64,000 bases of DNA from a bacterium (GTDB lineage: Bacteria; SM23-31), in contig JANQEH010000308.1 in NCBI GenBank assembly GCA_028278455.1, positions 13,491 to 77,490 on the forward strand. The letters run 5' to 3'. The notes below the pieces were generated by a model. It saw only the letters and a program-made list of their open reading frames with translations. It had not been told where the DNA came from and made no database searches. This document shows positions 48,109-57,365 of this stretch, piece after piece; the stretch's first letter is position 1; each line of letters opens with the position of its first letter. Both the position numbers and the translations under genes were made by a program.

Positions 48109-50723
48109 TGCAAAAGCGCCCTACGGGAATAGCAAAATGGCTTCTGCATTCTCTTGTCGGCAGGGAGTCCCATTACTCATGTCTCGGTGATTTAGAGGAG
48201 TTATATAATGAAATCAGGGAGAAAAGCGGGAGTATCTACGCCGGTCTCTGGTTTTACTGGCAGCTGATCTGGATCCTCAGCCTAAGGACAAAAAACTCAA
48301 TACACTGGAGCGCTGTTATGTTTAAGAACTACCTTAAAATCGCAGTAAGAAATATCAATAAGAACAGGGGATACTCTTTTCTAAATATCATGGGTCTCGC
48401 AGTCGGTATAGCAGTCTGTATACTTATTTTTACATACATCGTATTCGAGCTGAATTTTGACAGGTTTCACGATAATGCAGATGATATTTACAGACTCACC
48501 TTACAGGCAAGTTTCGCCGGGCAGAATTTACATACGGCTACCTCGAGCGCACCTGCTGCGGCTGCCATTACATCAGATTATCCGGAAGTCGTTAATGCCG
48601 CAAGATTCTATGATGCAGCCCGGGTACCGGTTGCGTATGGGAATAAGACTTTTATCGAGGAAGAAATGTTGTATGGTGATAATTCTGTGTTTGAGATATT
48701 TACTTTTCCAATAATCAACGGGGATAATAAAACGCCTCTAGTAAGGCCTTTCACGGCTGTTATCTCTGAAGGGATCGCCCGTAAATACTTTGAAGACGAA
48801 GATCCTGTTGGTAAGATCCTGAAAATGAATAATATCAGCGATTATGAAATAACTGCGGTTATGAAGAACATACCGCCAGATTCACATATAGATTTTGACA
48901 TTCTTTTATCATTTGAAACGTTGTATTCTAAGCGTAAAGGACAAGTCGAGGCCTGGGTTCCATTGAATTATCATACTTATGTATTGCTTCAGGAAAATTA
49001 CGACCATAATTTACTGAATGCCAAGATGCCTGATTTCATTCAGAGATATATGGGTGACCTTCTGAAAGCGATAGGCGGAACCGGTATATATGAACTACAA
49101 CCATTTACCGATATACATCTGCATTCACATCTTGAATCAGAAATGTCTGCAAACAGCAGTTATTATTATATATATATATTTGCTGTTACGGCAGTTCTGA
49201 TCCTCTTACTTGCGTGTATAAATTTCATGAATCTAAGTACAGCACGGTCGCTATCCAGGGCCAGGGAGATCGGGATCAGAAAAGTAATGGGATCCTATAA
49301 GGGTAACCTGATCAGGCAGTTTCTGGGTGAAGCGGTTCTATATAGTGTGGTCTCCCTGGTTATCGCTTTATTTATTGTCAAGCTTTCAATGCCCTTTTTC
49401 AGAACTATCACAGGCCGGGAAATAGCTTTCAGCTATATTGAGCCTGTTTGGCTATTACCTGTGTTTTTTCTTGCTGCTGTTGGAGTAGGAATTATTGCCG
49501 GTAGTTATCCTGCATTTTTTCTATCGTCATTCAAACCGATAGAGGTCCTCAAGAATAAGATCGGCAGAACAGGTATGTCGGATATAAAGATCAGGAATTC
49601 GCTGGTCGTATTTCAATTCGTGATCTCTATTGCACTAATAATCGGGACTCTGGTTATCTATCAGCAGCTGATTTTCATGAAGGAGGAAAGACTCGGTTTT
49701 AATAAAGAGAATGTTTTAGTTATCCCTCTTAAAGGAAATATAGATAGGGGATCCGTTCCGAGGATCCAGGAAAAGATAATGCAGCATAACGGTATTTCCA
49801 GTGTAACATTTTCATCTAAGGCGCTTTTCGGAGAACAAAGTGGAGATATATTCATAGCTGATGGTTCTGCTGATGAGCATACAATAATAATGGGAAATAT
49901 AAATACGGATCATGAATTTCTCGAGACTGCTCAGTTGGAGTTGATCGACGGAAGGAACTTCTCCCCGGAGCTTATCAGCGAGGAAAATAAAGCAGTCCTG
50001 ATCAACGAAACGGCAGCTAGAAGATTCGGTATGGAAGATCCGGTAGGGAAAAAGATCGTACACTTAACGGATACAGGACCTGAAGGAAGACACGTAAAGA
50101 CAGTTGTAGGTCTGGTGAAAGATTTTCATATTCAGTCTATGCACAGTCTGATAGAGCCGATAGTTATCAATTTTGGTTTGTGGGACCTGAACTTTATGAT
50201 GGTAAGAATAGAATCAGGAAATCCTTCTGACGTATTTCAATATCTCGAAAAATGCTGGGAGGAGATCGATCCGGTACATTCATTTGACTATTATTTTCTC
50301 GATGAAGCATACGACAGACAGTACAGAGCTGAAGAGAAACTTGTGCAGATATTTACTAATTTCAGTCTTCTCGGCATCCTTATCGCCTGCCTTGGGCTGC
50401 TTGGGCTTTCAGCATACTCAGCTCAGCAGAAAACAAAAGAGATAGGAATAAGGAAAGTATTGGGAGCAAAAGTATCCGGCATTCTGTACATGCTGAACCG
50501 GGAATTGTTAAAGCTGATTGCCATAGCTGCAGGAATAGCCTGTCCTGTTTCTTATATACTGATCACGAAATGGTTGGAGAACTTCCCCTACAGGATGGAG
50601 CCGGGTCCGTCTGTATTTATCCTGTCTCTTGTAATAATAATTATTATTGCAATTATAACCGTATTGGTTCAGGCCGTCAAGGCCGCCCTGGCAAATCCCG
50701 TGAGATCGCTGAGATATGAATAA
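48108..50723 (+). CDS. MacB/FtsX-type duplicated ABC permease with N-terminal prefix domain (3 of 4)
   Basis: GDLEELY prefix, CINFMNLSTARS, KEIGIRKVLGA and NPVRSLRYE. Confidence 0.92.
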   Translation: MQKRPTGIAKWLLHSLVGRESHYSCLGDLEELYNEIREKSGSIYAGLWFYWQLIWILSLRTKNSIHWSAVMFKNYLKIAVRNINKNRGYSFLNIMGLAVGIAVCILIFTYIVFELNFDRFHDNADDIYRLTLQASFAGQNLHTATSSAPAAAAITSDYPEVVNAARFYDAARVPVAYGNKTFIEEEMLYGDNSVFEIFTFPIINGDNKTPLVRPFTAVISEGIARKYFEDEDPVGKILKMNNISDYEITAVMKNIPPDSHIDFDILLSFETLYSKRKGQVEAWVPLNYHTYVLLQENYDHNLLNAKMPDFIQRYMGDLLKAIGGTGIYELQPFTDIHLHSHLESEMSANSSYYYIYIFAVTAVLILLLACINFMNLSTARSLSRAREIGIRKVMGSYKGNLIRQFLGEAVLYSVVSLVIALFIVKLSMPFFRTITGREIAFSYIEPVWLLPVFFLAAVGVGIIAGSYPAFFLSSFKPIEVLKNKIGRTGMSDIKIRNSLVVFQFVISIALIIGTLVIYQQLIFMKEERLGFNKENVLVIPLKGNIDRGSVPRIQEKIMQHNGISSVTFSSKALFGEQSGDIFIADGSADEHTIIMGNINTDHEFLETAQLELIDGRNFSPELISEENKAVLINETAARRFGMEDPVGKKIVHLTDTGPEGRHVKTVVGLVKDFHIQSMHSLIEPIVINFGLWDLNFMMVRIESGNPSDVFQYLEKCWEEIDPVHSFDYYFLDEAYDRQYRAEEKLVQIFTNFSLLGILIACLGLLGLSAYSAQQKTKEIGIRKVLGAKVSGILYMLNRELLKLIAIAAGIACPVSYILITKWLENFPYRMEPGPSVFILSLVIIIIIAIITVLVQAVKAALANPVRSLRYE

Positions 50724-53316
50724 GGGTAATCAAAAACCGCCGGTAACGGCAAAGTTCTTCTTAATGCTCCTGCTTAAGAGGTCAGATCATTATTCCTATT
50801 TCGGGGATATCGAGGAGATGTATAATGACCTTGCAGAGAGGAAGGGGCTCTTTCAGGCATCTATTTGGTACTGGAGCCAGGCCTTGAAGTTAATTCCGGG
50901 TTTCATTGCAGATTCAATTCAAGGGAGTATAACAATGTTTAAGAGCTATTTTAAGACCGGGATCAGAAACCTATTGAGATATAAATTTTATTCATTCATA
51001 AATATTTTCGGATTTGCGATAGGTATAACGGCATGTATTCTTATTTTTTTAGTTGCAGATTATGTGCTCTCTTATGATTCATTCCATGAAAAAATAGATG
51101 AAATTTATTATGCTTGCAGAGAAGAGATAGTACCAAACGGTATTCATGTAAGTTATGTAACTCAATTAAGACTCATTGAGGAAATATTGAGTGGATATCC
51201 CGAAGTGGAATCCGGTACAAGAATATATGGGACATATCCAGTTGTTCAATATAAGGATCTAAAGTTCAATACAGAAATCGCTTATGTTGACACTTCATTT
51301 TTTAATATTTTTTCATTCAGGATTTTAAAAGGAAATCCGGCAGATGCATGTAAAATAAGAAACAATGTAATTATAACTGAAAATATTGCAACAAAGTTTT
51401 TCGGTGACGAAGATCCAATTGGAAAAATCCTTAATGTCGATTACGATAAAGACTTTATAGTTGGTGGTGTTATCGAAAATATACCGGGGAATTCCTCTTT
51501 TGACTTCGATATCCTCGCCCCCTTTGAGAATGCATGGGAACTGCAGGAAGTCCGGAGATGGGATTCATTCAGCAGTTCATTTCTAAGAACATTTCTTATA
51601 ATAGATGATCCTGAGACCGCAGAGGCTCTGGAAAGGAAATTTAGTTCGATTATCGAAAAGAATCTTGGTGAAGATGCTGCAAAAGAGCAAAGGATTGGTC
51701 TGATTCCTTTTTCTGATTATCATGCATCAAGATCCAACGATAATAAATATGCCCAGGCCTTGCTGGCAATGGGTGCGTCTGTCCTGATTATAGCTATTCT
51801 GAATTTTGTAAATCTTTCAACGGCAAAATCATTTTACCGTTCACGAGAAATAGGGATGCGCAAGGTTCTGGGAGCTGTAAGGTTTCAGTTGATCAAACAG
51901 ATTATTTTAGAGTCAGTTATCATTGCAGTAATAGCATCATTAGGAGCAGTTATTTCAGTCGGACTCATTGTGCCGGTGTTAAAAGATTTCACAGGCCTGG
52001 ATATTATGTTCAATCCTCTTGGAAGCGTTTCAAATCTGATTTATCTTGTTATTTTCATACTTACAATTGGAATCATTTCGGGATTGATACCGGCATTATA
52101 TTTATCAAAAAACAGACCGGTTGAATCCTTAAAGGGAAGCCTAAAGGCAGGTGACTTAGGGATAACACTGAGAAATATTTTTGTACTGGTACAGTTTACT
52201 TTTTCTGTTATTTTAATAATATCTTCAACGGTAATATGGAGTCAGCTTGATTACATGAGAAATTTTGATATTGGGCTGGATAAAAACAACGTAATTGCTT
52301 TACGCATGTCAGTCAGGGATTTTCCTGAAACAGAAAATGCATTAATGAGATTCGAAACTTTCAAGAACGAGATAACTCAGGGGGAAAATATACAGAATGC
52401 TTCGTTTTCTATGAACGTACCCGGAGTCAATAACACAACTCGAAGGACAAATGCAGTACCCGCCGGAAGTTCGAAAGAGAATGAAATAACTGCTAATATA
52501 CTTGTAGTTGACGAACAATATTTTGAAACTTATAGAATTAGCTTTTTTAAGGGAAGGAGCTTTGCTGAAGATTACATTGTTGACAGACAGGGAAGAACTA
52601 TTGTAATTAATAAAACAATGTACAATCTGATCGGTGATTCCGAAATAATTGGGAAGAGTATAAAAGTCTACGGTAATTTACATGAAGTTGTAGGTGTGAT
52701 AAATGATTACAATTTCAGGTCCCTGCATGATGAAGTAAATCCGCTTGTGTTTTTTTGCGGTTCTAAAAACAATATATATCCAAATCACTTATCTATTCGT
52801 ACAGACGGATCCAATATGAATGAAGTTCTCAAATTTATTCAGAATAAATGGGGAGAATTATTCCCTGACAAAGACTTCGAATACTTCTTTGTAGAAGAGC
52901 GTTTTGATTCCTTATATGATACAGATCAGAAACTGGGTAGTGTTTCAGGCTGGTTTTCGGTCATATCAATTGCCCTCGCAAGTCTCGGGCTTTACGGTTT
53001 GTTCTCGTTCACAGTAGTAAAAAGGACTAAAGAAGTCGGTGTCCGCAAGGTTCTTGGAGCTACTGTTTCACAGGTGGTTGGAACGCTTTCCGGCAAATTT
53101 GTCTTACTTATTCTTGCATCAAATATTGTTGCCTGGCCTGCAGCGTATTATATCATGAACAAATGGCTTCAGCTTTTTGCATTCAGAATGGATATAGATA
53201 TAGTTCATTTTCTTGTTTCGGGATCAATTGCATTTACTATAGCTTTCCTTACGATCTTTCTTCAGGCGGCCAGGGCCTCCCTGAGCGATCCTGTTGATGC
53301 CCTCAGATATGAATAA
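50716..53316 (+). CDS. MacB/FtsX-type duplicated ABC permease with N-terminal prefix domain (4 of 4)
   Basis: KPPV...GDIEEMY...WYWSQ prefix, NFVNLSTA, KEVGVRKVLGA and DPVDALRYE. Confidence 0.92.
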   Translation: MNKGNQKPPVTAKFFLMLLLKRSDHYSYFGDIEEMYNDLAERKGLFQASIWYWSQALKLIPGFIADSIQGSITMFKSYFKTGIRNLLRYKFYSFINIFGFAIGITACILIFLVADYVLSYDSFHEKIDEIYYACREEIVPNGIHVSYVTQLRLIEEILSGYPEVESGTRIYGTYPVVQYKDLKFNTEIAYVDTSFFNIFSFRILKGNPADACKIRNNVIITENIATKFFGDEDPIGKILNVDYDKDFIVGGVIENIPGNSSFDFDILAPFENAWELQEVRRWDSFSSSFLRTFLIIDDPETAEALERKFSSIIEKNLGEDAAKEQRIGLIPFSDYHASRSNDNKYAQALLAMGASVLIIAILNFVNLSTAKSFYRSREIGMRKVLGAVRFQLIKQIILESVIIAVIASLGAVISVGLIVPVLKDFTGLDIMFNPLGSVSNLIYLVIFILTIGIISGLIPALYLSKNRPVESLKGSLKAGDLGITLRNIFVLVQFTFSVILIISSTVIWSQLDYMRNFDIGLDKNNVIALRMSVRDFPETENALMRFETFKNEITQGENIQNASFSMNVPGVNNTTRRTNAVPAGSSKENEITANILVVDEQYFETYRISFFKGRSFAEDYIVDRQGRTIVINKTMYNLIGDSEIIGKSIKVYGNLHEVVGVINDYNFRSLHDEVNPLVFFCGSKNNIYPNHLSIRTDGSNMNEVLKFIQNKWGELFPDKDFEYFFVEERFDSLYDTDQKLGSVSGWFSVISIALASLGLYGLFSFTVVKRTKEVGVRKVLGATVSQVVGTLSGKFVLLILASNIVAWPAAYYIMNKWLQLFAFRMDIDIVHFLVSGSIAFTIAFLTIFLQAARASLSDPVDALRYE

Positions 53317-53374
53317 GTTTATCTACCGGTAGAATTGGAAAATATTATATTACAAAAAAATTCGGACTTTTTCG

Positions 53375-53403
53375 GGAACAAAGAGTTACTACATGTCGTA
53401 GTA
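53375..53403 (+). promoter_or_regulatory. ECF-type promoter overlapped by BlaI-type operator 1
   Basis: GGAAC-N17-CGTA (53375-53400) with TACTAC-atgtc-GTAGTA (53387-53403) covering the spacer and the -10. Confidence 0.75.
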
Positions 53404-53426
53404 TAACTAAATTGAATTTTCGGTCA

Positions 53427-53849
53427 ATGAAAAACTATTCATTTACATTCAATCCCAGGAAGAAAGGGATACGCCAGATTCTCGGTGACCTTGAAGCCGA
53501 TATAATGGAATTAATCTGGAAGAAAGGTGATCTTACGGTCAGAGATGTTTATGAAAATCTCAGGCATGACAGGGAGATCGCTTATACTACTGTCATGACA
53601 GTCATGTCCCGTCTGGCTGAGAAAAGCCTTCTCGAGAAGATCAAATCCGGATCGGCCTATATTTACAGACCTATGGTTTCAGAATCGGAATTTACTCAGT
53701 CCACCGTAAAGAAAGTCATGAAAAGCCTGCTCGAGGATTTTGCCGTTCCATCAATGAACCAGTTCATAGATTTTTTTGAAGAAGATCCTGGAAAGATGGA
53801 TGAACTCGCAAAATTAATAGAAAAGAAGAGAAAAGATAAAGATGTTTAG
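53427..53849 (+). CDS. blaI: BlaI/MecI/CopY-family repressor
   Basis: LGDLEADIMELIW...TVRDV...IAYTTVMTVMSRLAEK...AYIYRP. Confidence 0.92.
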   Translation: MKNYSFTFNPRKKGIRQILGDLEADIMELIWKKGDLTVRDVYENLRHDREIAYTTVMTVMSRLAEKSLLEKIKSGSAYIYRPMVSESEFTQSTVKKVMKSLLEDFAVPSMNQFIDFFEEDPGKMDELAKLIEKKRKDKDV

Positions 53850-54888
53850 CTGGTTTTTAATGAAATATATTATGTTAAAGATCAACTGGAATCTCCTGGT
53901 GATTAATTACACCAATACACCAGTGATTACTGTCCTTAAGATAACTTCTCTCGTTATGTTTATCTATTTTTGCGCAAAATGTATCGCACACAGCCTCATA
54001 TTTATCCGGTTGAGAAAGCAGCACGCGGTAATTAAGCCGCATGATGAACCTGAATTCTACAGGCTTGTGCGCAAACTGGTACGAAAGATAGGATTAAAGA
54101 GAACACCAGCTCTATATTATTTCTCAGATAAAAAGCCGCTGATCTTCACTATCGGCATTTTCAATCCGGCCGTTTTTATTTCAAGGAAACTGCTATCAGG
54201 ACTGAATTACAGTGAATTGACAGCTGTAATGTCCCACGAGCTTACCCATATAAAACGAAAAGACGGTATTTTTAACAGAATCATGCAGTTCATTCCGGTA
54301 TTGATACCTCCAGCCCTGGTTCTGCTTTTCGGAAGAGTTATGATGATGGAGCAGTATACGCAATTGTTCTGGTATTTGCTGACATTCGTTCTGCTGTTAT
54401 CATACCGGCTGTTTATTTACGAAGGTTTCAACCGTGACAGGGAAACATCCTGCGATGATCTTACACTGAAGATTATAAATGATCCCCTTCTCCTGGCCGA
54501 ATCGATTATGAAAGTATGGGAATCGGGTAAAAACCTTCCTGTATATAACTGGAGGCTTGCTCTGGCATCGGTAAGGCCCTTCGCGGCAGACAATTCAGGC
54601 CATACCGGGAGAATTAAGAGATTGATAAATTACCGAAAACCGTACTTGAAGATAGCGCTGAAGAAATTGTTTGTCCTGAGTTTTGCAGCGGGTTTTATAC
54701 CACTGTCTATATTTGTCTGGGATTACAATACCGGGAGAATCCATGCAGGTATGGACTTAGTGGTGGAAAAGGATAAAGTAAAGATGAAAGTTGAGAGTGT
54801 GGTTATCCAGAGAATGGACAGGGACGATATATCAATTCGTGTATGGACCACAAAGAAACCTCGCGCAAGTTATTATATAAAAAGATAA
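53842..54888 (+). CDS. M56 (BlaR1/MecR1-like) membrane metallopeptidase without a penicillin-binding domain
   Basis: HELTH zinc motif, RETSCDD and RIKRL; several TM; only a short C-terminal tail after the last TM. Confidence 0.88.
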   Translation: MFSWFLMKYIMLKINWNLLVINYTNTPVITVLKITSLVMFIYFCAKCIAHSLIFIRLRKQHAVIKPHDEPEFYRLVRKLVRKIGLKRTPALYYFSDKKPLIFTIGIFNPAVFISRKLLSGLNYSELTAVMSHELTHIKRKDGIFNRIMQFIPVLIPPALVLLFGRVMMMEQYTQLFWYLLTFVLLLSYRLFIYEGFNRDRETSCDDLTLKIINDPLLLAESIMKVWESGKNLPVYNWRLALASVRPFAADNSGHTGRIKRLINYRKPYLKIALKKLFVLSFAAGFIPLSIFVWDYNTGRIHAGMDLVVEKDKVKMKVESVVIQRMDRDDISIRVWTTKKPRASYYIKR

Positions 54889-54897
54889 TTTTTTTGA

Positions 54898-54928
54898 CCT
54901 CAATTACTACGCAATGTAGTAATTGAGG
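54898..54928. promoter_or_regulatory. BlaI-type operator 2
   Basis: Perfect 13-bp inverted repeat CCTCAATTACTAC-gcaat-GTAGTAATTGAGG with the same TACTAC-N5-GTAGTA core; overlaps TTGACC-N17-TAGTAA and the SD of the next gene. Confidence 0.85.
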
Positions 54929-54939
54929 GGTGATATAAT

Positions 54940-56091
54940 ATGACAGGAATGCAGTCAAAGATGATATTTGTTACGGTCTTATTAAGCTTAAGTTCGATAT
55001 TTGCGTTCTCGTATCAGGATATTTCTCAGGTACAGAAAATCGAGCTTATACGTACTATCGGAGATATCGAATCTGCCGATGAAAATTATATGTTTTATTT
55101 ACCGTCTGATATTGCTGCTGATATGAATGGTAATATCTACATACTTGATTCGGGTAACCACAGGATTCAGAAATTCGATCCGGAAGGAATATTCGTCAGA
55201 ACGTTTGGGGTGGAAGGCCAGGGCCCCGGTGAGTTCAGGTATCCGAGCTCACTTGATATTGACAAAAGCGGAAATCTCTATATTTCTGACCAGGGCAACT
55301 ACCGTATCCAGATGCTTGATAAAGACGGGTGCAGTATAACGACAATAAGAAGAGAAGCAGGAACAGGTGGATTGAGGATTCTGGAGGACAACAAGATTCT
55401 AATCGGTAGAGTTTCCGGAATCATGGGGCAGATAGCTGGAGGATCAGCATTCAGGGATAATTCTGCGGGAATTATTAACCGGGAAGGAAATATTCTTACC
55501 CGCTTTAGTACCAGTGTTGATTTCAAAGACCTAATGATGAACAGGCTTGGCAATGAAGTCCATATTTCTAACGGTCCAGACGGTTCAATTTATTTATGTT
55601 ACGCTTATCAGAACAGGATCGAGAAGTATTCTCAAACAGGTCGGCTATTATTTACTACTTCCAGAACACTTAACTTTGATTCAACACTACCCATAGCACA
55701 AGGAACTGAAGATATAAAAGAAATGATCAGGGTGAATGAACCCGAGATGAATCTTTGTTCAAATGGAATCTCTGTAGACCGGAAAAACAGGATGTGGATT
55801 ATTACCCCTCTACGTCAAATGAAAGATTGTGAGAGGGTACAGACAAATATGAACATTAGAAGGGATTCATCGGGCAATAAGGCCTTTTCATTTTCTGTCA
55901 GCGGAGAGACTGGTATTAAAATCACAGATATGTTCTGTCTGGAGGTATTCGATGATATGGGTAAGGTTTCATTCAGGATCAGGCTCAAGCACTTTGCTGA
56001 CGGTATCAGGATTCTGGGGGACAAACTCTACATCCTTGATAGATTCAGGGGAATGCAGTATTACGAATATAAAATAATTGAACAGTTATAA
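54940..56091 (+). CDS. Secreted NHL-repeat beta-propeller protein (1 of 3)
   Basis: Signal peptide; FYLPSDIAADMNGNIYILDSGNHRIQKFD, GQGPGEF and C-terminal LDRFRGMQYYEYKI. Confidence 0.88.
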   Translation: MTGMQSKMIFVTVLLSLSSIFAFSYQDISQVQKIELIRTIGDIESADENYMFYLPSDIAADMNGNIYILDSGNHRIQKFDPEGIFVRTFGVEGQGPGEFRYPSSLDIDKSGNLYISDQGNYRIQMLDKDGCSITTIRREAGTGGLRILEDNKILIGRVSGIMGQIAGGSAFRDNSAGIINREGNILTRFSTSVDFKDLMMNRLGNEVHISNGPDGSIYLCYAYQNRIEKYSQTGRLLFTTSRTLNFDSTLPIAQGTEDIKEMIRVNEPEMNLCSNGISVDRKNRMWIITPLRQMKDCERVQTNMNIRRDSSGNKAFSFSVSGETGIKITDMFCLEVFDDMGKVSFRIRLKHFADGIRILGDKLYILDRFRGMQYYEYKIIEQL

Positions 56092-56112
56092 ATTAAACTA
56101 ACAGGAGGAATC

Positions 56113-57339
56113 ATGAAGAAAACTATGCAAAACGTAGTGTCACTTGCCCTGATATTGACATTTATATCGGGAGTATCGGCCCAGATACCTGTAAGTGAAG
56201 AAAATCTGGCAGAGGATTTCAAGATCGTTCACAACGGAAAGAAAGGAAAATGGGGTGATGATCCCCGGGTGACATTGGACCTTATAAGAAAGATAGGGGA
56301 TATCGATGCTGAAGAGGAGCACTATCTGTTCTATCTCCCCGTAGATATCGCCAAAGACAGAGAAGGTAATTTATATGTTCTCGATTCCGGAAATCACAGG
56401 ATACAGAAATTCGATCCTAATGGTGGTTATCTGAGGACATTTGGTGAGGAGGGACAGGGTCCCGGTGAATATATGAATCCGATCTCTATCGATATCGATG
56501 ACAGCGGTTATATTTATGTTTCAGACCAGGGAAATTTCAGGATCCAGATTCTTAAACCGGACGGTACAAACCATAAAACGATACTGATGGAGGATGGCGT
56601 AGGAGAATTCAGGTTATCCGATGAAGGCAATATGATTATGGGTGGTGGAGGTTTAATGATTTCAAAAGGAGGAATGATAACCATTGGCGGAGAAGAGGGT
56701 GAGGCCGGAAATCTCGTAAAGATAGTAAAACCTGACGGTTCGATAGAAAGGGAATATGTAAAGGAGCAATTATACAATGACTTCCTGATGAACAGAACAG
56801 GTAACAGGTTTAAATTTGCTGTAGATAAAGACAAGAATACTTATGTTGCGTTCGTTCATCAAAACAGGATAGAGAAATATTCCCCCGATGGAAAACAGCA
56901 GCTTTTCATCGATAGAGAATTGAACTATGATATTTCCAAACCCAAAGAAGGTAAGGCCAAAACAGAAAAAGATGGAAACAATTTCACTCTCAGAATGCCC
57001 AGAATGAACAAGGCATCCAACGGTATTGCAGTTGATGAAAAAGGCAGAATTTGGGTTTGTACGCTTGACCGCCAGATGAAAGATGATGAGGCGGTCAGTA
57101 TGCAGATGGGTGTTACAACTGATGGAGGCAGTACTAAACTCTCTCAGAATGTAGAAGGTAATACTGAGCTGGTAACGACAAATATGTATAAGCTGGAAGT
57201 TTTCAGCCCGGAGGGTGATCTTTTAGGTACCATTCCTCTCACGCATTTCTGTGACCAGATCAAGATAATCGGGGACCGGCTTTTTATTCTCGACAGGTTG
57301 AGAGGTATGAATTACTATGAATATAAAATAAAAGGTTAA
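56113..57339 (+). CDS. Secreted NHL-repeat beta-propeller protein (2 of 3)
   Basis: AGGAGG SD, signal peptide, YVLDSGNHRIQKFD and LDRLRGMNYYEYKI. Confidence 0.88.
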   Translation: MKKTMQNVVSLALILTFISGVSAQIPVSEENLAEDFKIVHNGKKGKWGDDPRVTLDLIRKIGDIDAEEEHYLFYLPVDIAKDREGNLYVLDSGNHRIQKFDPNGGYLRTFGEEGQGPGEYMNPISIDIDDSGYIYVSDQGNFRIQILKPDGTNHKTILMEDGVGEFRLSDEGNMIMGGGGLMISKGGMITIGGEEGEAGNLVKIVKPDGSIEREYVKEQLYNDFLMNRTGNRFKFAVDKDKNTYVAFVHQNRIEKYSPDGKQQLFIDRELNYDISKPKEGKAKTEKDGNNFTLRMPRMNKASNGIAVDEKGRIWVCTLDRQMKDDEAVSMQMGVTTDGGSTKLSQNVEGNTELVTTNMYKLEVFSPEGDLLGTIPLTHFCDQIKIIGDRLFILDRLRGMNYYEYKIKG

Positions 57340-57365
57340 AATAGGGGAAGACCGTGGGAGGAGAT

